NCBI GenBank assembly: GCA_965223705.1 | Contig: CBDCXK010000001.1 | Coordinates: 1-17,008, forward strand | DNA from: Myxococcota bacterium | Lineage (GTDB): Bacteria > Myxococcota_A > UBA9160 > UBA6930 | Direction of reading: 5' to 3' | DNA length: 17,008 nt | Part shown: positions 1 to 8,224 of the stretch, in pieces | Position numbering within the stretch: position 1 is the stretch's first letter | How the letters are laid out: each line of letters opens with the position of its first letter | The notes under the pieces: generated by a model | Database searches by the model: none | What the model saw: only the letters and a program-made list of their open reading frames with translations | What the model was told of the DNA's origin: nothing | Made by a program: the position numbers and the translations under genes

Positions 1-998
1 GAATCGATCTGAGCAGCCGGTGCAGGGCGCTCGATGACACCTTCGGTGCGGCGTAGCGTTTCGACGCCGAGGTCTCCCGCAGCGACAAGGTCTTCGTCGA
101 CGCCGACACCGACGGCGATCGAGAAGCGACGCTCGGGCTTGCGCGTCAGGTTCACGATCGTCGATTTGAAGACCGTTCCATTCGGAATTCGCACGTGGTT
201 GCCTTCGCTCGTGACGAGAATCGTCGCCCGTGACGTGAGACGAGCGACCCTTCCCTCATGTTCGCCGATCTGCACGAGGTCATTCGGGGCGAAAGGCTGC
301 CGTAGGCTGAGCAGCACGCTCGCAATGTAGTTCTCGACCAGATCGCGAAACCCAAAACCCAAGGCGAGGCCGACGATCCCAGCAGCGCCGATCACAGCAC
401 CCACCATGGCGGTCGCATCGAGAATCTCGAGAGCGATCAAGAGGCCGATCACGAACACCGCGAAGCGGATCAATTGACGGATCAAATCACGAAGGAAGGC
501 GTTGGTGGACAGCGAATTGAGAAGACCATCCCAGCGCGCGAGCATCCGGGCCGCTAGGCCGGCGCCCACGACGACGAGCAACGCCAGGAGAAATAGCGGG
601 AAGGACTCTAGAAGGTTCCACGCTCTATTCTCGAGACGCTCGAGAGCGACAGACACGCGTCGGGACACCGACCGTGTCTCCTCGATCCGATTGGAGACCG
701 CAGCGACACCCGCGACCTGAGCGGCCAGCTCTCCTGCCAACTCCCGGCTGCGACTGCTGTCCACCGAGCCAGTCAGTTCGACGATCCCCGCTTCGACGGA
801 GACTGTGACGGGCCGGAGCTCAGGCAAAGCGGCGAACGTTGCGCGCAGGCGCCGTTCGATCTCGTCATCGGTGCTGACATCGAGCGCGGTTTCGACAGCT
901 TGCTCGGTGACTTCGGCTTGTTCTTGGGCACTGGCCGAAGCGCCGGAGCAAACGAAACCAACGGCAGCGAACCAGATCAAAAAAACTCTGGCCGTCAA
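1..998 (-). CDS. BON-domain-containing MscS-family mechanosensitive channel (3' end runs off the window)
   Basis: Not in the ORF track; translated by hand from TTG at 998, which overlaps the upstream TGA (TTGA). It shows a signal-like N-terminus (MTARVFLIWFAAVGFVCSGASASA), a BON-like segment (DDEIERRLRATF...VTVSVEAGIVELTGSV...VAGVAAVSNRI), TM helices and the MscS core (GAAGIVGLALGFGFRDLVENYIASVLLSLRQPFAPNDLVQIGEHEGRV...RIPNGTVFK). The frame is open to position 1. Confidence 0.88.
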   Translation of the reverse strand, partial: MTARVFLIWFAAVGFVCSGASASAQEQAEVTEQAVETALDVSTDDEIERRLRATFAALPELRPVTVSVEAGIVELTGSVDSSRSRELAGELAAQVAGVAAVSNRIEETRSVSRRVSVALERLENRAWNLLESFPLFLLALLVVVGAGLAARMLARWDGLLNSLSTNAFLRDLIRQLIRFAVFVIGLLIALEILDATAMVGAVIGAAGIVGLALGFGFRDLVENYIASVLLSLRQPFAPNDLVQIGEHEGRVARLTSRATILVTSEGNHVRIPNGTVFKSTIVNLTRKPERRFSIAVGVGVDEDLVAAGDLGVETLRRTEGVIERPAPAAQID

Positions 999-2299
999 CG
1001 ATTGGCCTGCTTGTCGATGCGAGTTCGGTCCGAGACCGCAGTAATCTCGTTCATTGCCGTTTCGAAAATCTCCCGGTGAAACGTTTCGAGAAACGCGCGG
1101 CGCTCGGGACGGGCGGCGGCGGTCGCCGTCTGCACGGCGCGAAGCAACGCAAGAACGACATCGACATCGCTCCCTCCGTAGTGGCGGATAGGACCGAGAG
1201 CTTCCACGACCAGCGTTTCGAACTGGAAGACCGGGCTGATCACTCGAACCCTACCCTCCGGGTCGCTTCGGTGGGCGCCCGGGAACACCCGAGAGACCAA
1301 CGTTTCAATAACCGCCCCCAAACGTTCGGTGCAGGCCACAGCCGTCCGAGGGTCGTTGGTTCCCGGTGAGAGCGCGCGGACCGCCATCTCCGTGAGCTGG
1401 CCGGTCAGGAAAGGCAAGTCCTGGACCGACGTTCTCTGGTTGCCGATCGCAAACCCTTCGCGAATTCACTCTTCGACTTCCACCGAACCTTCGCCGCCCT
1501 GTACTCGCGCCAGCACGGTCTGTTTCGACACGAAGCGACCCGGCGGGGATTCGATCCAAAGAACCAGATCGTTTTCGGTTGCGGTGCGGAGCAAGGCTTC
1601 GGTGCCGATGACGCGAACGTATCCCTCCCTTCCCGAAATCACGGGCCAGGTGGTTGCGTAGAGCGTCTCCAATGACGCGGCCGCTTCGACGGAGATCGAG
1701 GCCTCTTCGCCGAGTGTTTCGGGAAACAAGTGCGGGAGGATCTCATCGATCTCTCGGACGACGTTTCCGACGACTTCCGACACCTGAATCGAACTCGCGG
1801 CGTGGTGGATGAAGTAGATGAGGACGAACAGGCTGATGACCCCCAACAGCGCTGCGGTGGCCATCGAGAGATACGGGATAAACGGATCGTCCCCGGCTCC
1901 GATCGCGCGGAGGACAACAAGGCTGAAGAGAAACGTGGCGACGAACGTGCCCATGACCGCCTGGCTCGCACGATCGCGCATGAAGTTGCGAAGGAGTCGG
2001 GGGCCAAATTGTGATGACGCCAGCGTCAGGGCGACGATCGTGATCGAAAACACCACACCGGTCACCGTGATCATGGACCCCGCAATGACGCCCAGTACCG
2101 TGCGACCACCTTCGGCCGTTGAGGTGTAGATCCATGGAAGCTTGACGACCCAGCCGCTGTCTACGTGCGCGTCGAGCCGAAGCATGGCCCCCGCGCCAAT
2201 GGTGGAAACCAGCGCCATGCAACACGGAACGAACCAATAGCTGGCCCGTACCGCGTCCCACAGGCTCGCGAGCTGGGCTGCCCATCGAGAGAAACGCAT
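995..2299 (-). pseudogene. DUF2254-family membrane protein interrupted by one in-frame TGA at 1466-1468
   Basis: ORFs 1466..2299 and 995..1417 share a frame. Reading through gives 434 codons with family-like motifs on both sides (SYWFVP, TLASSQFGPRLLRNF, FIHH; GNQRTSVQDL, RALSPGTNDPRTA). Junction: VEVEE*IREGFAIG. Confidence 0.8.
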
Positions 2300-2414
2300 C
2301 GACTGAAGCTAGCGCGCCTTGGCGGGTCGAAGGCCGCGGTCGAATTCAGTCGTCATGGAAGTCCTTTCGGATAGCGTCGTGCGAATTTTGCACTGGAATC
2401 GTCGACGACCCTTG

Positions 2415-2444
2415 GGCCCGAGACGCAAGTCAGCGCCTCGGGCC
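2415..2444 (-). terminator. GC-rich hairpin just downstream of the DUF1328 gene (terminator or RNA-stabilising stem)
   Basis: The minus strand reads GGCCCGAGGCGC-TGACTT-GCGTCTCGGGCC, a 12-bp stem with one G-U pair, 12 nt after the stop at 2457. There is no U-tract. Confidence 0.45.
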
Positions 2445-2456
2445 TTCTCAATCGCG

Positions 2457-2630
2457 CTATCCCGGAGGCTTTCCGCGCAGCGCGTTTGCGACGGCCGCGA
2501 CGACCATGAGAACCAGAAATACGACGAACAGGATCCATGCGATGTTCGCCGAAGCTCCAGCCACCCCAGAGAAGCCGAGTGCGCCCGCAATCAGAGCCAG
2601 GATCAAGAACGTGAGAGCCCATGAAAGCAT
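2457..2630 (-). CDS. DUF1328 (YtjA-like) small membrane protein, 57 aa
   Basis: [41 protein letters not shown] is the typical DUF1328 pattern. A GAGGAGG RBS precedes ATG 2630, with a sigma-54 motif directly upstream. Confidence 0.92.
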   Translation of the reverse strand: MLSWALTFLILALIAGALGFSGVAGASANIAWILFVVFLVLMVVAAVANALRGKPPG

Positions 2631-2657
2631 CGTTGCGTCCTCCTCATCCTCGGCGTT

Positions 2658-2673
2658 TGCAGTTGGCGTGCCA
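2658..2673 (-). promoter_or_regulatory. sigma-54 -24/-12 promoter for the DUF1328 gene
   Basis: Minus strand TGGCACGCCAACTGCA (GG-N10-GC). Predicted +1 is near 2647, leaving a ~17-nt leader that contains the RBS. Confidence 0.8.
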
Positions 2674-2745
2674 GCCGCGTCCGGTGCGACACGCACCGTG
2701 CACGGGCGAAACGGAGGACCGCGCGATCCCGGGTTTACCGAGCTT

Positions 2746-2762
2746 GTTGTACGGATTACAAC
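2746..2762. promoter_or_regulatory. Palindrome, candidate enhancer (bEBP binding site)
   Basis: GTTGTA-CGGAT-TACAAC is a perfect 6-bp inverted repeat centred about 107 bp upstream of the predicted sigma-54 +1. It resembles 8209-8221. Confidence 0.5.
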
Positions 2763-2834
2763 GCCGTATTCATCAGACTTGAAGCACCCCAGGTAGAATG
2801 CCCACAGGTCGATCACTGGCTCGGGGAACGTCGG

Positions 2835-3686
2835 ATGCGCATCGCCCATATCTCGGATCTTCACTTCGGCGATCCGGTGGTGCCGGAAGTCTGTGAAGCG
2901 CTAGTCCGGCGCATTCAGGCGCTTGGACCGGAAACAGTGGTCGTCTCCGGAGATCTCACCCAGCGCGCGAAGCCGGAGGAGTTCCGATCTGCACGGGCGT
3001 TTCTCGACCGACTCTCGAAAGCCCCGATTGCGGTCCCGGGGAATCACGACATCCCGCTGTACCGCGTATGGGAGCGTCTGCGATCTCCGCGTGCGCTCTA
3101 CCGAGAGTTCATCCACCCCGAGACCGATCGCGTCATCGAGCTATCCGAAGCGGTATTGGTCGGACTCGATTCATCCGATCCGTATCGGTCCGTGACCAAC
3201 GGTAGAATTCGCCGCGCGCAACTCGAGCTGTGCCGCGAGGCCTTTTCCACGGCGAAGACGGAAGCCTGGCGGGTGGTTGTCCTCCACCATCATCTGGTTC
3301 CCGGGCCGACCTATGATCGCAGTCGTCCCATGGCGCGCGCGAAACGCGCGCTCGAAGCGTTCACCGAGCTCAAAGTCGACCTCGTGCTTTCGGGCCACCT
3401 CCACCGCGCGTATCTGGGGAATTCTCTCGATGTGTACGCCGGCGCGCGCCGCGACCACGGCGTCATCGTCGCGCAGTGCGGCACGAGCACGTCGAGGCGC
3501 GGCCGTGGACTCGAGCGCGAGAGCAACTCATTCAACTGGATCGAGCTCGGACGAGACGCCTTGGAGATCACTCACTTTCTCTATCTGAGCGGTCCGAAGT
3601 CTTTCGCTCCGGTGAGTCACCACCGATTTGCGCGACCCAGTGCCGGGGGGCTCCGCTCCGGGATCGAGGGGCCCGAGCTCTCATGA
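2835..3686 (+). CDS. Calcineurin-like metallophosphoesterase (CpdA/Icc-like), 283 aa
   Basis: Metal-binding motifs SDLH, SGDLT, GNHD, LHHH and SGHLH appear in the canonical order. Confidence 0.92.
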   Translation: MRIAHISDLHFGDPVVPEVCEALVRRIQALGPETVVVSGDLTQRAKPEEFRSARAFLDRLSKAPIAVPGNHDIPLYRVWERLRSPRALYREFIHPETDRVIELSEAVLVGLDSSDPYRSVTNGRIRRAQLELCREAFSTAKTEAWRVVVLHHHLVPGPTYDRSRPMARAKRALEAFTELKVDLVLSGHLHRAYLGNSLDVYAGARRDHGVIVAQCGTSTSRRGRGLERESNSFNWIELGRDALEITHFLYLSGPKSFAPVSHHRFARPSAGGLRSGIEGPELS

Positions 3687-4588
3687 CGCGCCGACGGGTC
3701 GCCCTCGTGGTCAATCGTCGCGCCTCTCGATGTCCAGACGATCTGGAGGCGGCGGTCCGGATCCTCCGAGAAGGGAGCGATTTGACGCTGTTTTCCGTTG
3801 CTGTTCCCGAGGAAGTACCACGGCAGGTTTCGCAGGCCGTGCACAACTGCGAGCGGCTGATCATCGGAAGCGGTGACGGGACGATCGCGCGGGCCGCGAG
3901 CGTGTTGCTGGCGGCGGGTCGCCCCGTTGGCGTGCTCCCCCTCGGCAACTCTAACGATTTGGCCCGTGGCCTCGGTATGCCTCTCGACCTCGACGCCGCT
4001 TGCCGCGCCCTGCTGGATGCGAGAGTCGCCCGCATCGACGTCTCTCGAATCAACGAGCACTACTTCTTCAACGCGGCGACCGTCGGAATCGGCGCGGCGG
4101 TCTCGGCACAGATGGTTCCGGAGGCGAAACGTCGCTGGCGCCGCTTGAGCCAAGTGACTCGCCTCGTTTCAGCACTTCGCCAGCGCCGGCGGTTTCGCGT
4201 TGACCTCGAACTCGACGGTGCAAGGGAGACCCTCGCCTCCGTTCATCTCGCCGTGGCCAACGGAAGGACGCACGGCGGCGGTATCGCGATCTCTGACGAG
4301 GCGTACCTCGACGATGGACGGTTGCGGCTCTCGAGCGTCCGTCCGCAACCCTTGCTTCGGCTCCTCGCACTCGGGCCGCGCCTTGCGCGCGGCGAGCGCG
4401 ATCGTCAGGCAGGAGTCGACCAACGGAACGGGCGCCGCGTGCGGATCGCAACGTCGCGGCGCCTCCCCGTCGCGACCGACGGCGATATCGTCACGCATAC
4501 GCCTGCGACCATCGAGGTCATGCCGCGCGCCCTCTCGGTTCTTGTACCGATTGAACCGGAAGACACGCTGGCGCTCAGCCGGGCCTAA
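3683..4588 (+). CDS. Diacylglycerol-kinase-family lipid kinase (YegS/Rv2252/BmrU type), 301 aa
   Basis: ATG 3683 overlaps the upstream TGA (ATGA). Motifs VVN, GSGDGT, PLGNSNDLAR, FFNAATVG, NGRTHGGG, DDG and DGD are present. Confidence 0.9.
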   Translation: MTRRRVALVVNRRASRCPDDLEAAVRILREGSDLTLFSVAVPEEVPRQVSQAVHNCERLIIGSGDGTIARAASVLLAAGRPVGVLPLGNSNDLARGLGMPLDLDAACRALLDARVARIDVSRINEHYFFNAATVGIGAAVSAQMVPEAKRRWRRLSQVTRLVSALRQRRRFRVDLELDGARETLASVHLAVANGRTHGGGIAISDEAYLDDGRLRLSSVRPQPLLRLLALGPRLARGERDRQAGVDQRNGRRVRIATSRRLPVATDGDIVTHTPATIEVMPRALSVLVPIEPEDTLALSRA

Positions 4589-5181
4589 CCCTTCTTCGCT
4601 CGCGAAAGATTGTCGGCTGCGAAATCCCAGTCGATCAAGCGATCGAGAAACCCCTCGATGTAGCGGGGACGCTCGTTTTGGTAGTCGAGGTAGTACGCGT
4701 GCTCCCAGACGTCGAGTGTAAGCAACGGGGTGTGCCCCTTCTGAAGGGGGTTCTCGGCATCGGAGCTACTCGTCACGCGAAGACGAGTGCGGTCATCGAG
4801 CACGAGCCACGCCCATCCCGAACCGAACTCGCCCGCAGCGGCTTCGGAGAAACGCTGTCGAAACTCCGCCACCGAACCGAACGCGTCGACGAGTGCATCC
4901 CGCAAGGCCCCTTTGGGTTCGCCGCCCCCGCTCGGGCTCATACTCCGCCAGTAGAACGTGTGGTTCCAAACTTGGGCCGCATGGTTGTAGAGGTCACCTC
5001 CCGCGGTGTGGATCAGCTCCTCGAGGGACTTGCTGGCGTCGGGCTTACCCTCCACGGCCTTGTTCAACTTGTCGACGTAGCCCTGTTGATGCTTGTTGTA
5101 GTGGATATCTACCGTCCGCGGACTGACCGACGGGTCCAGTGCGTCAGCGGAGTAGGGAAGGTCGGGCAATGAGAACGTCAT
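4585..5181 (-). CDS. sodB: Superoxide dismutase, Fe-type likely, 198 aa
   Basis: Motifs HYNKH, AAQVWNHTFYW, FGSGWAWL and DVWEHAYY. The AQ before WNH is the Fe-SOD-type signature. Confidence 0.93.
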   Translation of the reverse strand: MTFSLPDLPYSADALDPSVSPRTVDIHYNKHQQGYVDKLNKAVEGKPDASKSLEELIHTAGGDLYNHAAQVWNHTFYWRSMSPSGGGEPKGALRDALVDAFGSVAEFRQRFSEAAAGEFGSGWAWLVLDDRTRLRVTSSSDAENPLQKGHTPLLTLDVWEHAYYLDYQNERPRYIEGFLDRLIDWDFAADNLSRAKKG

Positions 5182-6131
5182 GTTGAGGTCTCCGATTCTC
5201 TTCGGGTTGTCGAAGTGTCGAGAGCCAACGGCTCCTTGAAAGTCAGCGTGCGATACGGGAACGGGATCTCGATGCCGGCTTCGTCGAGGGCCCGCTTGAT
5301 CGCCGTGACGACTTCACCCCGCGACCGCCGCACTCCGAGGGGTGTCGAGTCGCACCACCAGGCCACTTCGATATCGATACTCGAAGCACCGAAGGCCTGC
5401 GGAAAGACCTCGACATCGCGATCCCGATCGACCGTGTCACAGCCTTTGACAGCCTCTGTGATCACCTCGACGCTTCGGGAAACATCTTCGCCGTAAGCGA
5501 CGCCCGAAAGAATGTCGACTCTGCGTGTACGATCACTGGTGAGAATCTCGACCGGGCTCTTGAAGAGAATCGAGTTCGGAAGCACCAAGAGCTCGCCGCT
5601 CGGTCGGCGGAGCTGCGTCATACGGATCGTCACGTCTTCGACACGACCCACGATGGTCTCGCACTCGATAAAGTCACCGCGTTCGAAAGGAAAGCGCCAC
5701 AGGATCAGAATACCGGCAAAGAAATTCTCGAAGATGTCCTTAAACGCGAAGCCGACTGCTACGGAAGCGAGGCCGAGAGCGCCCAGCGCCCGGGTCGGCG
5801 TCAGGCCGGGGAAGACGACCATCGCCGCGAGCATGAGACCCAGGGTCCATAGGGCGATGACCGCGACACGTTCGATGAGATCCCGCAGCGAGCCGCGCAG
5901 CTCCGTGCGCGCGAGCAGCCGATTGGAGAAGCGGCGAAATACTGCGACGACACCCCACGCGAGCAGCAACACGACGAGACCCGCGATAATCAGCGGGAGA
6001 TGCGCGACGAAGGCCAGCCCGACGTCGCGTATCGTTCCGAGCAGCGTGTCTGTCACGACGGTGACAGCTTCCGCAGTCGAATCGGGGACGTCGAGTTTAG
6101 GCACTACCGGTTCTTGGGCCTCTCCGTTCAT
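5178..6131 (-). CDS. MscS-family small-conductance mechanosensitive channel, 317 aa
   Basis: Three TM segments, then GFAFKDIFENFFAG...PFERGDFI...GRVEDVTIRMT...LPNS and C-terminal AGIEIPFP. ATGA overlaps with both neighbours. Confidence 0.92.
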   Translation of the reverse strand: MNGEAQEPVVPKLDVPDSTAEAVTVVTDTLLGTIRDVGLAFVAHLPLIIAGLVVLLLAWGVVAVFRRFSNRLLARTELRGSLRDLIERVAVIALWTLGLMLAAMVVFPGLTPTRALGALGLASVAVGFAFKDIFENFFAGILILWRFPFERGDFIECETIVGRVEDVTIRMTQLRRPSGELLVLPNSILFKSPVEILTSDRTRRVDILSGVAYGEDVSRSVEVITEAVKGCDTVDRDRDVEVFPQAFGASSIDIEVAWWCDSTPLGVRRSRGEVVTAIKRALDEAGIEIPFPYRTLTFKEPLALDTSTTRRESETST

Positions 6132-6532
6132 CCCTGCGATTCCGTATTCAAGGTTCGGTCCACGTAACGCCTCAGTCGGGAAACGGAGAAGGGCTTGCGC
6201 AGGAAGCTGACGCGGGCGCGAGGCGAGGGCAGGCCTAGGGCCACGCGGGAGCGCCCACTGATCAGAAGAAGCGGAGCCGACTCAGCCCACTGCGCAACGA
6301 GGTCGCGCCCGAGGAAACGATCGTCCGTATCGAGCTCGACGATGATGAGGTCATAGGCCAGAGTCGAGGCAAGCCGCTCTCGCGCGCCGGTGAAACTCGA
6401 TGTGACGTCAATCTGCATGTCTCTGCGCCTTCCGCCACGTCGAGCGAGAACCCGCTGGATCGTTTCCGCGAGCACCGCGTCGTGTTCAATCACGAGAATC
6501 CGAGCCACGGGCCCCCCGAGCTTCTGAATCAA
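6128..6532 (-). CDS. Stand-alone atypical receiver-domain protein (phosphoacceptor Asp apparently replaced by Glu)
   Basis: RILVIEHD, YDLIIVELD, LLLISG and FLRKPF match receiver strands b1, b3, b4 and b5. The start is TTG 6532 (TTGA overlap) or GTG 6508. Confidence 0.75.
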   Translation of the reverse strand: MIQKLGGPVARILVIEHDAVLAETIQRVLARRGGRRRDMQIDVTSSFTGARERLASTLAYDLIIVELDTDDRFLGRDLVAQWAESAPLLLISGRSRVALGLPSPRARVSFLRKPFSVSRLRRYVDRTLNTESQG

Positions 6533-6699
6533 CTCTCGGGGCTGCGATCCGGGTCGGGTGGGAGTCGAGCGGGATCATCCTCGCGCACCGGCGGCGCTTC
6601 TAGCGGTGGTCGATCCTCAGGTTGTCTTTCCGGAAAGTCGACACTCTCATCGGATTTCGGGTCGCCGATCGGGGGCGCGTCGCGTTTTCGTTCGGGCAT
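6529..6699 (-). CDS. Small Pro/Asp/Glu-rich, probably disordered hypothetical protein, 56 aa
   Basis: MPERKRDAPPIGDPKSDESVDFPERQPEDRPPLEAPPVREDDPARLPPDPDRSPES fills the gap between the sigma-54 motif and the receiver gene. Its stop overlaps the next start. Confidence 0.55.
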   Translation of the reverse strand: MPERKRDAPPIGDPKSDESVDFPERQPEDRPPLEAPPVREDDPARLPPDPDRSPES

Positions 6700-6712
6700 G
6701 CCGGGCTCTAGA

Positions 6713-6728
6713 AGCACGATGCGTGCCA
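6713..6728 (-). promoter_or_regulatory. sigma-54 -24/-12 promoter for the Pro-rich ORF / receiver / MscS / SOD operon
   Basis: Minus strand TGGCACGCATCGTGCT (GG-N10-GC), in the short gap after the activator stop. Predicted +1 is near 6702. Confidence 0.75.
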
Positions 6729-6741
6729 GCCCGGCCGGAGG

Positions 6742-8121
6742 CTATTGTCGGTCGAGGCGCTCTTCGGCCTTGTACGCATTGAGGCGGTTGTAGAGGGTCT
6801 TCAAGCTGATTCCGAGCAGCTCGGCCACTTGCGGCTTGTCGCCGCCGAGTTCGTCGAGAGTTGCCAGAATCATGCGCCGCTCGATCTCGTCGATGCGTGT
6901 GCCGACGCGGACGCGGAGATGTGCACCGGATTCTTCCGGATCGTCGCCGAGCGGCCTTTCGAACAAGAGGTGGTCGGGCGCAATCTCGCAGTCCGCGAGA
7001 ATGTGTGCTCGCGCGATTACATGAGCGAGCTCGCGTACATTGCCCGGCCAACAATGTGCGCGAAGTGCCTTTAGAGCCGAAACACTGAGCACCTTGTTCG
7101 CCGCGGCGTTCGCATTCAAACGATCGAGGAAAACGCGAGAGAGCAGCGCGACGTCGCCGTCGCGTTCGATCAAAGCGGGGAGCTCGATCGGAAAGACCCT
7201 CAGTCGGTAGTAGAGATCCTCTCGAAGCTTCCCTTCCGAAACCGCTTTCTTCGGGTCTCGATTCGTGGCAGCAATGACCCGCGTATCGACCGCTTGCAGG
7301 GTTTCTGAACCGAGGCGTTGCACTTTCCCCGTCTCCAGAGCGCGCAGAAGTTTCACCTGCATTTCGAGGGGCATCTCGGTGATCTCGTCGAGAAAAAGAG
7401 TCCCGCCAGACGCCCGCTCGAAAAGTCCTTGTCGGCGCCGGTCAGCCCCGGTGTAAGCGCCTTTTTCGTGCCCGAAGAGCTCCGCTTCGATCAGTGTCGG
7501 CGCGATTGCCCCGCAGTTCACCGCGACGAAGGGACCTCCCGAGCGGTCGCTCATTTGATGGACTGTTTGCGCGACGAGTTCTTTGCCGGTTCCAGTCGGG
7601 CCACTCACCAGCACCGTTGCGTCCGTCGGCGCGACGCGAACGATGAGATCGAACACACGCTGCATTGCTTGCGAGCGGCCGATGAGCGGGCCGAGACGTT
7701 CGGCTTGCGTGACTTTTTGGCGGATGCCTTCGATTTCCTCCCGCACGTCGCGCGTTCCGAGTACGCGACGAAGAGCCTCGCGCAGCTCCCGCGAGCGGAC
7801 CGGTTTTTCGAGGAAGTCGCTCGCGCCTCCCTTGAGCGCTCGCACGGCCGAATCGACCGAACTGTTGCCCGTGATGAAAATGACTTGGGTGCCGGCCCGG
7901 GCGGAGAGTTCCGGTAGCAACTCGAAGCCCTCTCCGTCGGGGAGGTCGATGTCGAGGAGAGCGACGTCCACCGGGGTTCGCGACACCCGCTCGCGCGCCT
8001 CGGCGAGGGTCACAGCACTCTCCACCCGCAGGCCTTCGCTGGCCGCGATCATGGAAACGGCCTTCAGGGCGTCCGGGTCGTCCTCGACGATCAACGCCAG
8101 GGGTTGCTCATCTGAAACCAC
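6742..8121 (-). CDS. NtrC-family sigma-54-dependent response regulator (REC-AAA+-Fis HTH), 459 aa
   Basis: REC motifs LIVEDD, LLDIDLPD and KP; Walker A GPTGTGKE; GAYTGA loop; Walker B LFLDE; RVIAATN; REDLYYRL; WPGNVREL; HTH LGISLKTLYNRL. GTG 8121 has a GGGAG RBS. Confidence 0.95.
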   Translation of the reverse strand: MVSDEQPLALIVEDDPDALKAVSMIAASEGLRVESAVTLAEARERVSRTPVDVALLDIDLPDGEGFELLPELSARAGTQVIFITGNSSVDSAVRALKGGASDFLEKPVRSRELREALRRVLGTRDVREEIEGIRQKVTQAERLGPLIGRSQAMQRVFDLIVRVAPTDATVLVSGPTGTGKELVAQTVHQMSDRSGGPFVAVNCGAIAPTLIEAELFGHEKGAYTGADRRRQGLFERASGGTLFLDEITEMPLEMQVKLLRALETGKVQRLGSETLQAVDTRVIAATNRDPKKAVSEGKLREDLYYRLRVFPIELPALIERDGDVALLSRVFLDRLNANAAANKVLSVSALKALRAHCWPGNVRELAHVIARAHILADCEIAPDHLLFERPLGDDPEESGAHLRVRVGTRIDEIERRMILATLDELGGDKPQVAELLGISLKTLYNRLNAYKAEERLDRQ

Positions 8122-8208
8122 GATGCGGTCTCCCGGGCGGAAGCTTGCCCCATCCGGCGCCGACCCGCTCTCTCGCCGGGACCCCCTATTCCGAGATGTG
8201 CAAAACCG

Positions 8209-8221
8209 TGTAAGAATTACA
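8209..8221. promoter_or_regulatory. Palindrome between activator and kinase genes, candidate autoregulatory site
   Basis: TGTAA-GAA-TTACA is a perfect inverted repeat, AT-rich in a GC-rich context, ending 3 nt before the kinase ATG. Confidence 0.55.
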
Positions 8222-8224
8222 ACC

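Noticed and set aside
1440..1468. Selenocysteine or genome-wide TGA reassignment as the explanation for the DUF2254 TGA
   Set aside because: The context is a charged linker, not a Cys-type motif, and the hairpin loop is only about 9 nt from the TGA, closer than in a typical bacterial SECIS. TGA is an ordinary stop for many other genes in the window.
2424..2438. sigma-54-like AGGCGCTGACTTGCG upstream of DUF2254 (minus strand)
   Set aside because: The GG-GC spacing is 9 rather than 10, and the sequence is explained by the hairpin.
2687..2702. CGACACGCACCGTGCA as a fourth back-to-back sigma-54 partner facing the phosphoesterase
   Set aside because: It has GA instead of the near-invariant GG and a 13-nt spacer. 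It may be a decayed site, so it is not called.
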